DNA from: Azolla caroliniana
Lineage: Eukaryota > Plantae > Polypodiophyta
Assembly (NCBI GenBank): GCA_043228905.1
Contig: JBHGNT010000009.1
Coordinates: 2,852,001-2,916,000, forward strand
Reading direction: 5' to 3'
DNA length: 64,000 nucleotides
The stretch's first letter is position 1; each line of letters opens with the position of its first letter. A program made the position numbers and the translations under genes. Shown piece after piece: positions 13,701 through 24,816 of this stretch. The notes below the pieces were generated by a model. That model made no database searches, was not told the origin of the DNA, and saw only the letters and a list, made by a program, of their open reading frames with translations.

Positions 13701-16700
13701 TTCATGGTGAATCCTGATTAGCAATACAATCCAAAATTCAACAAAAACCCTTATTTTATATACAGGAGAAACCCTTGCATCTGGCATGCATAAAAGCCCT
13801 AGATTTTGTAAATATGTGATATGAGAACAGAGAAGGAAAAAATCATTTAAATTTATTGAGCTACTATAATCACAATCAATATGATTCAAAATCATGTCCA
13901 CAACCAGATACATGTAACACACCTACGAAATTTTAACAACTTCGATTAAACATGCTTCAATAAAAGTAGCAACTCATGTGCATATGTGGGTGTGTTACAG
14001 AGAAAGAAAGAGCTAGTGCAGTATAAGATATTAAACAGAGACAGATTAATACCGCTGCGACTCGAGTGAGCTTGCCAAGAGGATGGTCCTCTACTCCTGA
14101 ACGAGTGCCTTCAAGCCCTAATATACGTGTGCAGGCACTCACAAAATGCCGGGCATAGTCATAAGTTTGGAAGCTGCAGGGTAATGCCAAATCTCAGAGA
14201 TTCTTTTACAAAAGGTACTATTGCATCATAATATAAAGACAGTGCTTTAGAAAAGTAAAATTGAATGAAAATCTAAAAACAATATTTCAATTTCTATTAG
14301 AAAGATGTAAAATGAATTAAGTACATAATTGAGAAATAAATTCAGCTTCATTTTGGAAATAAGTGAGAGAAGAAATAGTGTATATGATATTAGGGGAGAA
14401 AACGTGACAATATTTCAATTTCTATTAGAAAGATGTAAAATGAATTAAGTACATAATTGAGAAATAAATTCAGCTTCATTTTGGAAAGAAGCGAGAGAAG
14501 AAATAGTGTATATGATATTAGGGGAGAAAACGTGACATTCTAAGGGCCACTGCTGCACAATCTAGTGTCATGCATTTATCATACATGTGGACCTCAGAAC
14601 CAAGGGCGTGATAGCAAGATTTTAAGGTAAACGAGAATCAAGGGTATCACAAGTTCTTTAAGGTAAACGTCTTCTCCTGAACCCTGAGCAGCAGCCTCAA
14701 ATGGTGAAGCCCCATGGCCAAATATATCACCATCAAAACATTTAAAGCAGCAATGCTTCTCTGATGCAAGGCAATACAAGGCTTAGAATAAGCCAAAAGT
14801 GTTCCATGAAGTCAAATTTTGTAGACAGCAGTGTACAAAGACCAAATGAAACTCAAACTAGGAGTGCATTGTTTAGTCTTTTCTCAAATGGCATAAATTC
14901 ACAGGCATGAGTCAGCTTCAATTAAGGTCACAAAGATCAGAGAAATGAATACATGAAGAATATGAAAGAAGGCTTTTATTTTTTGAGAAGAATCCCATTG
15001 CTACCATCCAAACAGTTCACATGTAACTAGAAATCTATACATTGGAAGTATAACACTGCACTTCTTGGAGGCAGGCAGCAGAAATATTGTTATAAACTCG
15101 ATCAACGCCTTTGATAAATATTCTGTTCCTCCTAACCCAACCTCATTCATCCTTTACGAAGAGACAATATTTCGTTGACAAATAAAGGAAATGATTTCCT
15201 CGTGTCAGATGACTACCTACTACTAGATTAAAAGACCCATGAAGAAATGATTAGATGGGTCATTTGAACCAGCCAAATAGAGTGTTCTCGTGCAATATCC
15301 CAAGAGTAACACCAGAAAAAAAATATCAACAAGGGAGACCATTTCATAGAGGACAAAGTGATATATACAACCTTCAAATTGATTTAAATTGATGCTTATA
15401 AATCCAATGTAAATGATGTCAAATCATCTTACCCAATCAAGTCAGCAGCTAGGACAGCTTTCAAAAGCTCAGATCGGCAAGGTAGCATCCGGTAGATTTC
15501 TGAGGAAGGAAATGGTGTGTGAAGAAACCACCCAACTTTCATATTGGCATTGTACTCTTTTAGACACTTGGGGAGAAACATGAGGTGATAATCATGGCAC
15601 CATATCACATCACCCTCTTTGTAGATAGAATGCACCACCTCAGCAAATTTTCTGTTGGCCCTTTTGTATGCCTCAAACTGATCTTCCAAGCTGCGAGTTG
15701 CTGAAAGCCTGTCTTCTTGAGGTAACCCCAAATAATGGAAAAGTGGCCAGAGCACATTATTACAATAACCATTGTAGTACTGATGTACTGTTTCCTCATC
15801 TAAAAACACAGGCACGCAACGCTGTAAACGAAGAAAAAAATTCAGTGCAGATAATAATTTTTTCAAATGCCTGTTTCTTTCAAGGTTTTTGCAGACCTTC
15901 TTCCATCTCTTACCACCAAAAGTTCTGAAATATTTGGCCTCAACTACTGTTTGCTTAAAATAAGGTAGACGTAGGAATATTAGCCCAGTATTTCTGTAAT
16001 TTCAGGGTTCCATGCCACATAAAGTGGCCTATTTATTTATATTTGGTTAATCTTGGCAGGCCCTTAATCTTTTAACCGGAGTGTGAACATGTCATAAACA
16101 GTTCATAGGCCTAAAAAACTCTTTAAGATGCCAAAAAACTAGTTTTTAAAGGCAAAACCTTTTCCTCCAGTGCTTTCTTCAAAGCAACTTGACCCACTTC
16201 ATCCGAAACATTTACACCAGCCCACCCAATCCACTTGGTTTCAAATTGTCTTACTCCTGCAGAAACAAAAATAAATTGATTTCCAAAAAGATTGTGAGAA
16301 GGATGCAACAATCATAAGCTCTTTTAAATAGAGGATCCCCTTGCTCGCTCTCAATGATGAGCAGTGTTTGAAATTAACTCCACTTCATACATACAATAAG
16401 GAAAGGCACATACTAGCATATGAATGCAAAAAAATTAATCACTTCACGATCACAGGGACAAGCCAGCTGGAAGAAGGCTTGCATATTGGTATTTTAACTA
16501 CCCCCTCGGGTCTTTACATTTCTTTGTTCAGGAGAACCCTTACCTAAGAGGGCACTAACTAAGCCACCAGCACTCAACTCGAGGGACCATTCATCGCCAT
16601 GTCGGGTGGCCGAGACAGGCAACCGGTTGGCTACCACAAGCAACCTTTGTCGAGGGGGTGCAATAGAAGGACACGAGGAATCATCCACGCCCACTCTGGC

Positions 16701-17093
16701 ACCAGTGATTGAAGATCGATCAATTGCCTGCCCACCATGTCCCACCTCAGAATGAGCACGCGGACCCAATGTTCGGTTAATTCGGTTAATCTGCCTCTGT
16801 TGAAGAAGTCGATCTAATCGGGAGGAGGTAGGGATATGAGTAGAATTAGGATGGCTTCTATGGGAAACTGAACCCAATGGAAATGCAAGATCTTCATCAG
16901 AGAGTGGATGAGCGGCCACTGATGCTGATCCCAGTGCCGGCGCTGATGATGATGCCTGCTCCGATGGTAGGGTATGAATACTTCTGGTATCAACAGAGGA
17001 TGAACAAAACGGTCGGGAAATAACACCTCCGGATTTCACCGGATTCCTATTGTCGAGGCGTCGATTTCCTCTGCTTGCCTGAAGGTGAGGCAT
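7724..17093 (-). CDS. TPS1: Class I alpha,alpha-trehalose-phosphate synthase (TPS1-like; GT20 TPS domain plus HAD-like TPP domain), 17 coding exons, ~1022 aa
   Basis: Exons read with GT-AG boundaries and consistent phase: 17093-16544, 16256-16159, 15821-15433, 14173-14053, 12711-12610, 12518-12368, 12021-11933, 11476-11428, 11268-11168, 11059-10872, 10774-10657, 10457-10278, 9336-9214, 9111-9024, 8827-8697, 8505-8407, 8215-7724 (3069 nt). Motifs RLLVVANRLP, SAGGLVSAL, WCHDYHLM, GWFLHTPFPSSE, GVDRLD, LRDGMNLVSYE and VLDLKGENYFSCAVG match Arabidopsis TPS1 as I recall it. 16 introns is the class I pattern. Confidence 0.96.
14280..14536. repeat. Recent 128-bp tandem duplication in TPS intron 3
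   Basis: AATATTTCAATTTCTATTAGAAAG...GGGGAGAAAACGTGAC occurs twice head-to-tail with about 2 mismatches. Confidence 0.92.
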
Positions 17094-17189
17094 ATGCAGA
17101 AGAGCAAAATGCTCTCTCTTTTCTCGCTAATCTCTCACTCGTCCTGTTTCTGGCCTTCCTCTTGAACCAAGCTCTCCGAGGAATCCAAC

Positions 17190-17773
17190 ACTCTCTTTCT
17201 AATCTCTCTCTCTCTCTACTCTCTCTTACCCTGTCTCTGTTTTTTTGTGTGTGTGTGTGTCTGAATCACGATCTTCGTTTAATCAAATAGGCGCCCTCTC
17301 TAATCTCTCTTCAATCTTCCTCTAATCTCTCACTCTCAGCCTTTTTCTGGCGTTTATCTTAATCAAGCTCTCCCTTTAATCCAATATGCGCTCCTTCTAT
17401 CTATCTATCTATCTATCTATATCTATCTATCTATATCTATCTATCTATATCTCTCGCTCTCCCTCCAAGCACTCTATGGAATGAGAAAAATCGCCCAACT
17501 GACAAAACAGAGCTTACGGTTGTTGATTTGGGGGCAGCTTTGGATGATTTCTGAGACGTATGCAAGAACAAAAAAACAAAAAAAAATGCCCTTTTCTCTT
17601 TCTCTCAAGCTGGCTATGTCTCTCTGTCTCTGTCTCCTTCTCTCACTCGCAAGCAATAAATTGTGTGTGTGTGTGTGTGTGTTGCTCTGTTTCTGATTGT
17701 TTTTCTGCGAGAGGTGAAGAAGAAGAGAGGCAGAGAGAATGCATGGAGTTTGTCCAAAAGCCAGCGCGACGAG

Positions 17774-17805
<32 letters not shown>

Positions 17806-17932
17806 CAAATTCAATATATATAGCAATATATATAGCGTATATATACCTCCCCTCTCACCCTTCTCACTCTCACTCTCTCTGTCTGTCTCTGTCTCTGTCT
17901 CTGTCTCTGTCTCTGTCCTGTCTTTGAGAGAG

Positions 17933-17973
<41 letters not shown>

Positions 17974-18265
17974 TGGATGAACCATAACATATTAGCCCCT
18001 CAAAAAGGCCATCTTTGTGTTTATGTGTGTTCTCAAACACACACACACACACACATACACGAACACACGTGCACGCAAGATGACCACACGGACATAAACC
18101 CGTGTGGTGCGGTCGAGCCAAAAGTGTCGTGCGTTACGCTCGCCCACCCAAACCTGCACAAGGCACTGGAGGGGGTGGGGAGGTGGGGGGGGTTGGCATT
18201 TGGTAAAGCTCTACTACAGTGAGATCTCACTCTCAATGAACCCCCCCCCCCCCCTCCCCCCCTCC
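17190..18265. repeat. Dense microsatellite cluster upstream of TPS: (CT)n, (TG)n, (CTAT)n, (TA)n, (TCTCTG)n, (GA)n, (CA)n, G- and C-runs
   Basis: Directly visible, e.g. (CTAT)n 17397-17450, (TG)n 17662-17682, (TA)n 17777-17804, (GA)n 17938-17968, (CA)n 18037-18054, C-run 18241-18262. Confidence 0.95.
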
Positions 18266-20324
18266 AATGCATGGGTTGTCTAGTATGTAACGCCATAGCA
18301 TCTCTTGTAAAGTTTAATGTGAGATTTTGATACCCCCATGCCTTGATTCATGAGCAACGTACAATATATAAGAGAGTGGCAATAGTGAGTGATAGAGCAT
18401 CGGCATCCACCGCCACATATTGAATCCGATCCGCAGGGCATCTGCGCATGCCACTTGGTGATGGATCGGATCGAACTTTGGTTCGATCAAAATTATGACA
18501 TTAATGTTATGGTGTGAACCACTGAGTCTATATCTACCGAGTGAACACCGGAACAAAGGTGGGTGCCATAATCATTCCAGTAGTCGCCTTGCAAATCTTT
18601 GGTGAGTTCAACCCCCGACTCCCGCCCGACTCTCTAGTAAGGGAGGTAATCCATTAAAGGAAGCATTAATGGAGGAAAGATAATCCATTGTGAGATTGGA
18701 ACCCAAGTGCACGACTTACACCTAGGATATAGCCCCGATTGGAGAAATAAATAAAGTCTTTGAACATCTACATATTAAACACCACATTTGTTCACTATAA
18801 GAAATAGTACTCGAGGTCATTGAATGGAGCCATCAGCTAAAATTGTCATAAATTGGTCTGTGTGGTACAATGTTTTTGAGTGACAAGACTCTATAGATAT
18901 TACGTGAGTCCCCTTTTAAGTAAAATTGTCACAGCACATGTATAAGCAATGTATCTACCCCATACATGAGAGGCAAATGAAAGGGTGAGTCTCCATCACA
19001 CCAAGAGGAAGTCTCTCTACATCTAACTTGTGCTCAAGAATCATTGAGTTTGGCATACAAGTATAGTAATCCATACTCGCATAACTCAACTACCTACCTA
19101 AAGGAGTCGAATAACCTGCACGTGAGTCAATCCCATGGTAACTCTCTTGTCCTCACAATGCAACATGTTGTCTAAGAAACGGCCTCCACTTGCATGGGAG
19201 GTGTAGTTAGCTTTGCTCCCATGATATTGTGTGGTGTCAAGACCAACTTGTGTGAGTAATAGTGCTACATCATACACAAAGAAGAGACAAACAACTAGTG
19301 AAACCACAAGAAAGAAAATGAATATTGAGAGAGAGAGAGAGAGAAAGAGAAAGCAATCACAAGAGAATAAAAAAGAGATGTTATTGTCAAGTAGGAGTGA
19401 GCGCAACAAAATGAGGCATGGATTAGGAAAGGCATTTGTATTTTCAATGTTTATGTTTAATCAATTCCCTTGATTAGGGTGAGAATAAAAGACTCCTGCA
19501 CAATTGCAGTTTTAGATTTATACTACCCTTAATCATAACTTATAAATTGCCCAAAAGGTTAAAAATCATGAAATGTGAAGAGTCATTTAACAACCCCATA
19601 AAGAATAAGTGGGAATCTTCCAAAGGTATGGTTTATGCTTCATTTATTCAATTAACCACAATATGAATAAAAAAAGCTGATTGCATTCCCATATTATTAT
19701 GCTTCAGCAATAACTTATAGATCAAGTTTACATATCAAATGTTTGTGAAAAGAAAAAGTAACCAAAAAATGACATGGTAAGTGGTAACCTCAAAAGGCAA
19801 TGGTCACTTCACTAAACCTTCATGGTGTACTCTTATCCGAGTCTCACATAATCCATGTGATACTTGAACACTAGTAATTTGTGGGATTAGTTTTGCTTTG
19901 CCAAATTGCTACAATTCCACATGGATGAATGTCCTTAAAATAGTTTATTTATGTAGGGAATGTAGGAGAGATTTTGCAACATCTTTGCCTTATCATTGCA
20001 TCCTCTTACAAAACTACTTAATATATTGTCTTGTTCCCTTCTTGGTAAAGTCTCTTGATAGTCAATCCATAAACTTGGGATTATATGCTCACACCATCCA
20101 ACATGTCTTTTAAAAGTGTGTATTGCACGTTGATAGAGATTGTGTATTGTTGTTTAAATCGTGCACCATTTTTTATCCTATAAATTACCTTTTTGTCCCC
20201 ATGAGTTCAATGAAAGTAACTCAATCGTACCCATATTAATCCTCATTGTATAGTGCATATGTGCATTTTAACAATTTTTGTCATGATATAAACTCATTGT
20301 CAACATCTATGAATCATAGGTTTG

Positions 20325-20490
20325 TTTTTTTTTAAAACAAAAGATACACCCTGGTATTATAAAATCATAAGCAATACAAAAGTTGATGGTTGTTTCGGTG
20401 AGAAGAACAACCCCACCAAAACAAAGCTAATGCTAACCATAAAGTCATCCATCCATTCATGAGGAGAAAGGGAGCTAAAAACATTTTCGA
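20325..20490 (-). mobile_element. Putative LINE 3' tail with poly(A)
   Basis: T-run at 20325-20333. Adjacent AAAGATACACC is identical to the terminus of the LINE at 24850. The upstream peptide APFLL resembles the PPFLL end of that LINE's ORF2. Confidence 0.5.
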
Positions 20491-20579
20491 TTCATGGATA
20501 TTTGCAGTCTCCATGCCGATGAGAGATGGCTGAAATAATACTTTGGACATCGGAATCGTTGTACACATGTAGTTATCAC
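20491..20579 (-). pseudogene. Short actin-derived fragment
   Basis: Reads RFRCP, a 1-nt frameshift, then [17 protein letters not shown], versus plant actin [23 protein letters not shown]. Confidence 0.8.
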
Positions 20580-20788
20580 TCCATTCCACAATATAACTTT
20601 CAGCTTGACAACTTTCCAAGCAGTTTTTGTGCTTTCAAAGGAGCACCACATTTAACATACATGCTCATCAAAACAGTTGCTACATATGAGCTTTTTCTAG
20701 CAACACTTTTTCTCACAATATATGCATGTATTCTATAACCCTCACAAAGATCCTTCCACCAAGCACAAGCTTTGAGAAATGATACAAC
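20560..20788 (-). pseudogene. Degraded PLS-PPR gene fragment
   Basis: Minus strand reads VSFLKACAWWKDLCEGYRIHAYIVRK...YVATVLMSMYVKCGAPLKAQKLLGKLSS*, then after a frameshift VILWNGVITTCVQ. This aligns with the first repeats of the intact PPR at 57923 (LKECIKKKDL..G..LHA..VGSILVDLYVKCG..KAQ..WNALI). Confidence 0.75.
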
Positions 20789-21123
20789 ATTGAAATGTTC
20801 TTTTGAAATTCTTTTCTTTTCTCTTAAATTTCCCCTATTTTAAGTTTTTGACCGATTCCCTTGTACTCTCATCATAGTTGATTTGTTGAGCATAGTCAGC
20901 AGTAGCAGCAACTTTCCAGCGCCATTCCTCATAGTCAATTTGATGTGTATATGCAAGAACAACACATATTTGTACACCATATCTCCAAGATTTTTATCGT
21001 CTACTCCTCCCAAACTGCAATTGAGCATTCAATGGTTTTTAACTAATTTGAACAGGTGAAAAGAAGATATAAAACATGAGGACATGTATGAATGGGTAGA
21101 GATAACACTTGTATGACAAGTTG

Positions 21124-21125
21124 GT

Positions 21126-21156
<31 letters not shown>

Positions 21157-21178
21157 GGGGTGGAGGGAGGGAGGGAGA
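21124..21178. repeat. (TG)n followed by a ~21-nt G-run
   Basis: Directly visible. Confidence 0.9.
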
Positions 21179-22139
21179 ATGACACACACAAACACATGTA
21201 AACAAATAAAATTTTGCATATCATGTCTATGGACACAAGCAATAACAAAAGTATCAACAAAGTACATAAAGTAAAAAATCAGCGCGCACAATTTGCAATG
21301 ATAGCTTTGTCCAATGGAAACCATAAAATCATGTGTTCAAACCTTGTCTTCCACAATGGCATGTAGCAAAGTAGTATATATTGTGAGGTTTGAGCTTGAG
21401 TGCATGAGTTAGCATAAACTAGACCCAACACAAAAACATAGTGTTAATCAAACAAATATTCTTTTTATTTAAAGTTGATAGCCTTCCAAATCTATGTGTG
21501 TGAAGATCTTCTAAATGTAGTAGTTTTGTCTTTGTTTTTTTGGCACTTGATAATAAGAAAGCATGCCTTTATAATTGAATATTTCATCATCTTGCCCATT
21601 GAAAAAGGGCGATGCACATGTTGACATGAAGGTGGGATGATATGAGTGTCTCCCACTATCTCTATGCTTCCACACACACATGGTTGGGCAAACATTCATT
21701 TCCCCATTTTACTTCTATTCTTTTGTAGCTATGCAAGTCATGTTAATCTTCTCTAATGGGAGCCATCAAAAGAAAAAGGCCCATATTTAGCAACCAAAGT
21801 GGATATTTATTGTTAGGTAGCCATTAAAAGCGAATGACCCATTGTTAAATCATCAAAGTAGTCAAATGTAGTTGAAGTCTTACATGTATATTCATCTCTC
21901 TGGTGCCATTGCACACTTTCTTGAATTTAGAATCCATTCCAACCATATTCAAGTGTCTTTCCTCTATGTCTCTGTGCGTGTGCGAGCGTGCTTGATTCTT
22001 CGAGCAAACTAGTGCATGCATAAATTGATGAATTGTTTCCCCATCCCTCACTTTTCCCTTTCCTCTTTTGGATTTAATCTCTCTTACCCAATTGACAATT
22101 TCTATTAATGTATACACTACCTTAAAAGTTAGATGCAAC

Positions 22140-23734
22140 AATATAGAGCTCAATGTTTGTTGAAAATACCCTGGTACATCTTGTGGTCCAAATGTTCCAT
22201 ATGATAATGGGTGCTAGCAACATCCATAGATCTTCAATTTTCTGCTTCTGGGCATTACTTCTAGGTGCACTGTTACCAACGATCAATCGAATAGTTCCAT
22301 TCTCCCCTCTGTACATAGTTGTACATGTGTTATCAAATTTCTCTACGTCATCATCGAGACAATTCCAACAAGCATGTCCCCAATTGAGGGTAAATGAGCT
22401 AGAGGCATGGCAAAGCAATCGTAATGCCCTTCTCCATACAACCGTAGCCTCATGACATTCCCAGAGACAATGGGAAATGCTTTCTAGTTGTCCACATGCA
22501 CTACATCTTGGGTCTACATCGGGGCCTTTAGCCCACGCCCCTACTAGCAAGGCTCTATGCACAATAAGCCATAAGCACATCATTATCTTGCGGTCACCGC
22601 TGTCATGCCATATCATTTTCCAGAATTGAGCTAATCTCCTTTCACTAATGCTCTCTTGTATCCAAAATTTACGAGCTGCAATATCTTGGTGTTCTTGTTT
22701 TAGGATAATCTGCCTCCTGATTTTCGCGTTGTACCTGAAAAATTGCACCAACTTGGCACCATCACTTTGACCTTGAGGAAATACATCGTGGGGTCTCATG
22801 ACAACTGATTTGAATGCCCTTCTATCGGCCAACACATGTCGTTGGTTTGAGCTCACTCGGCTCGGGGTCAACTATCATAACCTTTCCATTTTTTGCAAGC
22901 AACCTAATTGGCCTTTCAGTTTGATAGGCTGGTTGCTCACATATTACCCTTCTATGCTCTATTTTGTAGTAACATGCCTCATTAGAACCGGCTTTCGTTC
23001 CCTTAATTCCGATTATATAATTTTCAGCATTGATAAGTCCTGTCCATTCCATTTTAGAGGGACTTATGACTGCATCTTCCAAGATTTGCCCGTTGCGTGC
23101 AAAGGCATTTGTAATCCTCATTAGCATGCATTTACCCCTATTTATCCTCCATATTCTAGCCTTTTGAGTGCCCACATCATTACATAGAAATCTCTTCCCA
23201 TCTGCCAATGTATTCCCTTGGGCATTGATTAAATTGGCCCATTTGAAGCCTGCTTTTTGTCCTATCATCAGCCCATCCACATCAAACAAACAGCCTCCAA
23301 CTGAATTTATTAAGCATTTGGGTATTTTCAACAAACAAACGGCCTCCAGCTGAATCTATTAAGCTAATATGGCACATGTTAATAACTACATTGAGGGCCC
23401 AATATGAGCACATGGATGGAACAAATGTTGCTTCAGATTTAATGAGGCTGAATTTCAGAGAACGATGGTGTACTACACCGATGGCTATAGAAATCGGAGT
23501 GGATATACGATGGCAGTACGTAGTACTGAGATGGTTGTTCCCCCCTCCCATTAGATGATAGAGGGGTGTGAATGACACGACAAACATGGAGAACAAACAT
23601 GTGGGCTATTTAGTGTAAGATAAATAAGTGATGTAGCCCATATGGAAGTAGGTAATGTCTAAAGTTGTGTATTGTATGTCATTTTAACTAATGGAGTATA
23701 TTCTTCTTTGGAAAAAAAATATAGAGCTCAATGT
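22140..23734 (+). mobile_element. 5'-truncated, 5'-inverted L1/Tx1-like LINE (ORF2 C-terminus with zf-RVT)
   Basis: 17-bp TSD AATATAGAGCTCAATGT at 22140-22156 and 23718-23734. 22157-~23290 encodes ORF2 on the minus strand (CSACGQLESISHCLWEC, WNIWTTRCTRVFSTN). From 23320 the plus strand resumes VFSTNKRPPAESIKLIW...RWLFPPPIR*, then 3'UTR and an A-tail at 23712-23719. Confidence 0.9.
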
Positions 23735-24350
23735 ATGAATAAGACCAACACAATGGACACACACAAATACATGTGGAGAGTGTGTGCAATATGCAAATTA
23801 ATTCGGAGAGATCTTGCTCAAATATAGCTTGTGCAAAGCAAGGTGGGTAAAGTGAGAGTGTTGGGTGAGATTTTAAGGGAACCCGATATTTCTATTGTTG
23901 AGTATCTTTTTCATATGTGCAAATATTTTTAAAATAACAAATCTACCTTTTTGTGTTTCATTGAAACGTTGTGCTTGTTGAAATATATTTGGCATTTTCA
24001 ATATTGCTACCTTAAAAATATGTATGACACGCATGTCGATGTAGATGGCGGCTTTATTTGAATATCTTTATGGAACATTGTTTAGCTCGAGTAGATTAAC
24101 ACATAAACACATACTTGCAACTTCCAATGGAATGTTACTCATAATTGTTGGTTGAATATTCTATATAACTTCAAAACATACTTTTGAAACTAGCAATAAA
24201 GGAGTATTTGAACATCTGAGTATAGAATATGTATAGAATATGTATAAGAATACGCAACCTTTATGAATATGGGTTGATACAAAATTATGCACAAATTTCA
24301 CTCATAGGTTCCTTACTATATTCTTGCACTTTGTGGGGGGTTTACTTTTG

Positions 24351-24562
24351 AATATCACTCCAACTCTTCCATATGGGCTAGATCACTTATTTATCTTACA
24401 CTTAATAGCCCACATGTTTGTTCTCCATGTTTGTCGTGTCATTCACGCCCCTCTAATGGAAGTAGGTAATGTCTAAAGTTGTGTATTGTATGTCATTTTA
24501 ACTAATGGAGTATATTCTTCTTTGGAAAAAATAAAAAAATAAAAAAATATCACTCCAACTCT
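24351..24562 (+). mobile_element. Very short 5'-inverted insertion of the same LINE family (3'UTR only)
   Basis: 17-bp TSD AATATCACTCCAACTCT at 24351-24367 and 24546-24562. 24367-24455 is the reverse complement of 23559-23647 (3 mismatches). 24456-24531 is identical to 23642-23717, followed by an A-rich tail. Confidence 0.92.
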
Positions 24563-24816
24563 CTCACATACACGACCAGGCATTCTTTAACATGTCTCCT
24601 CTGAAAATAAGCATCATCATCATCTATATTAAGCATTCATATTGAAATTATTGGAAGTGATCAAAACTTTTAGGAAACATTTCCATCATTGACCATGACA
24701 CTAGGCTTTCAAGAACACAACAATTTGTTAGCGTCCCAATACGTACAATATCGATACTTCAAGTTGTGGTTTTTTTCAACACATGATAATTCTCCCATGG
24801 GTCAATCACGAGTCCT

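Noticed and set aside
17474-18296. Many overlapping short ORFs (SLSL, ERER, YIYI, CVCV)
   Set aside because: Microsatellite translation artefacts.
20600-20790. Initially read as a longer actin pseudogene (IVR..SYVA resembles actin IVRD..AYVA)
   Set aside because: The segment translates far better as PLS-PPR repeats (LKAC..IHA, MYVKCG..KAQ); only ~20491-20579 is actin-like.
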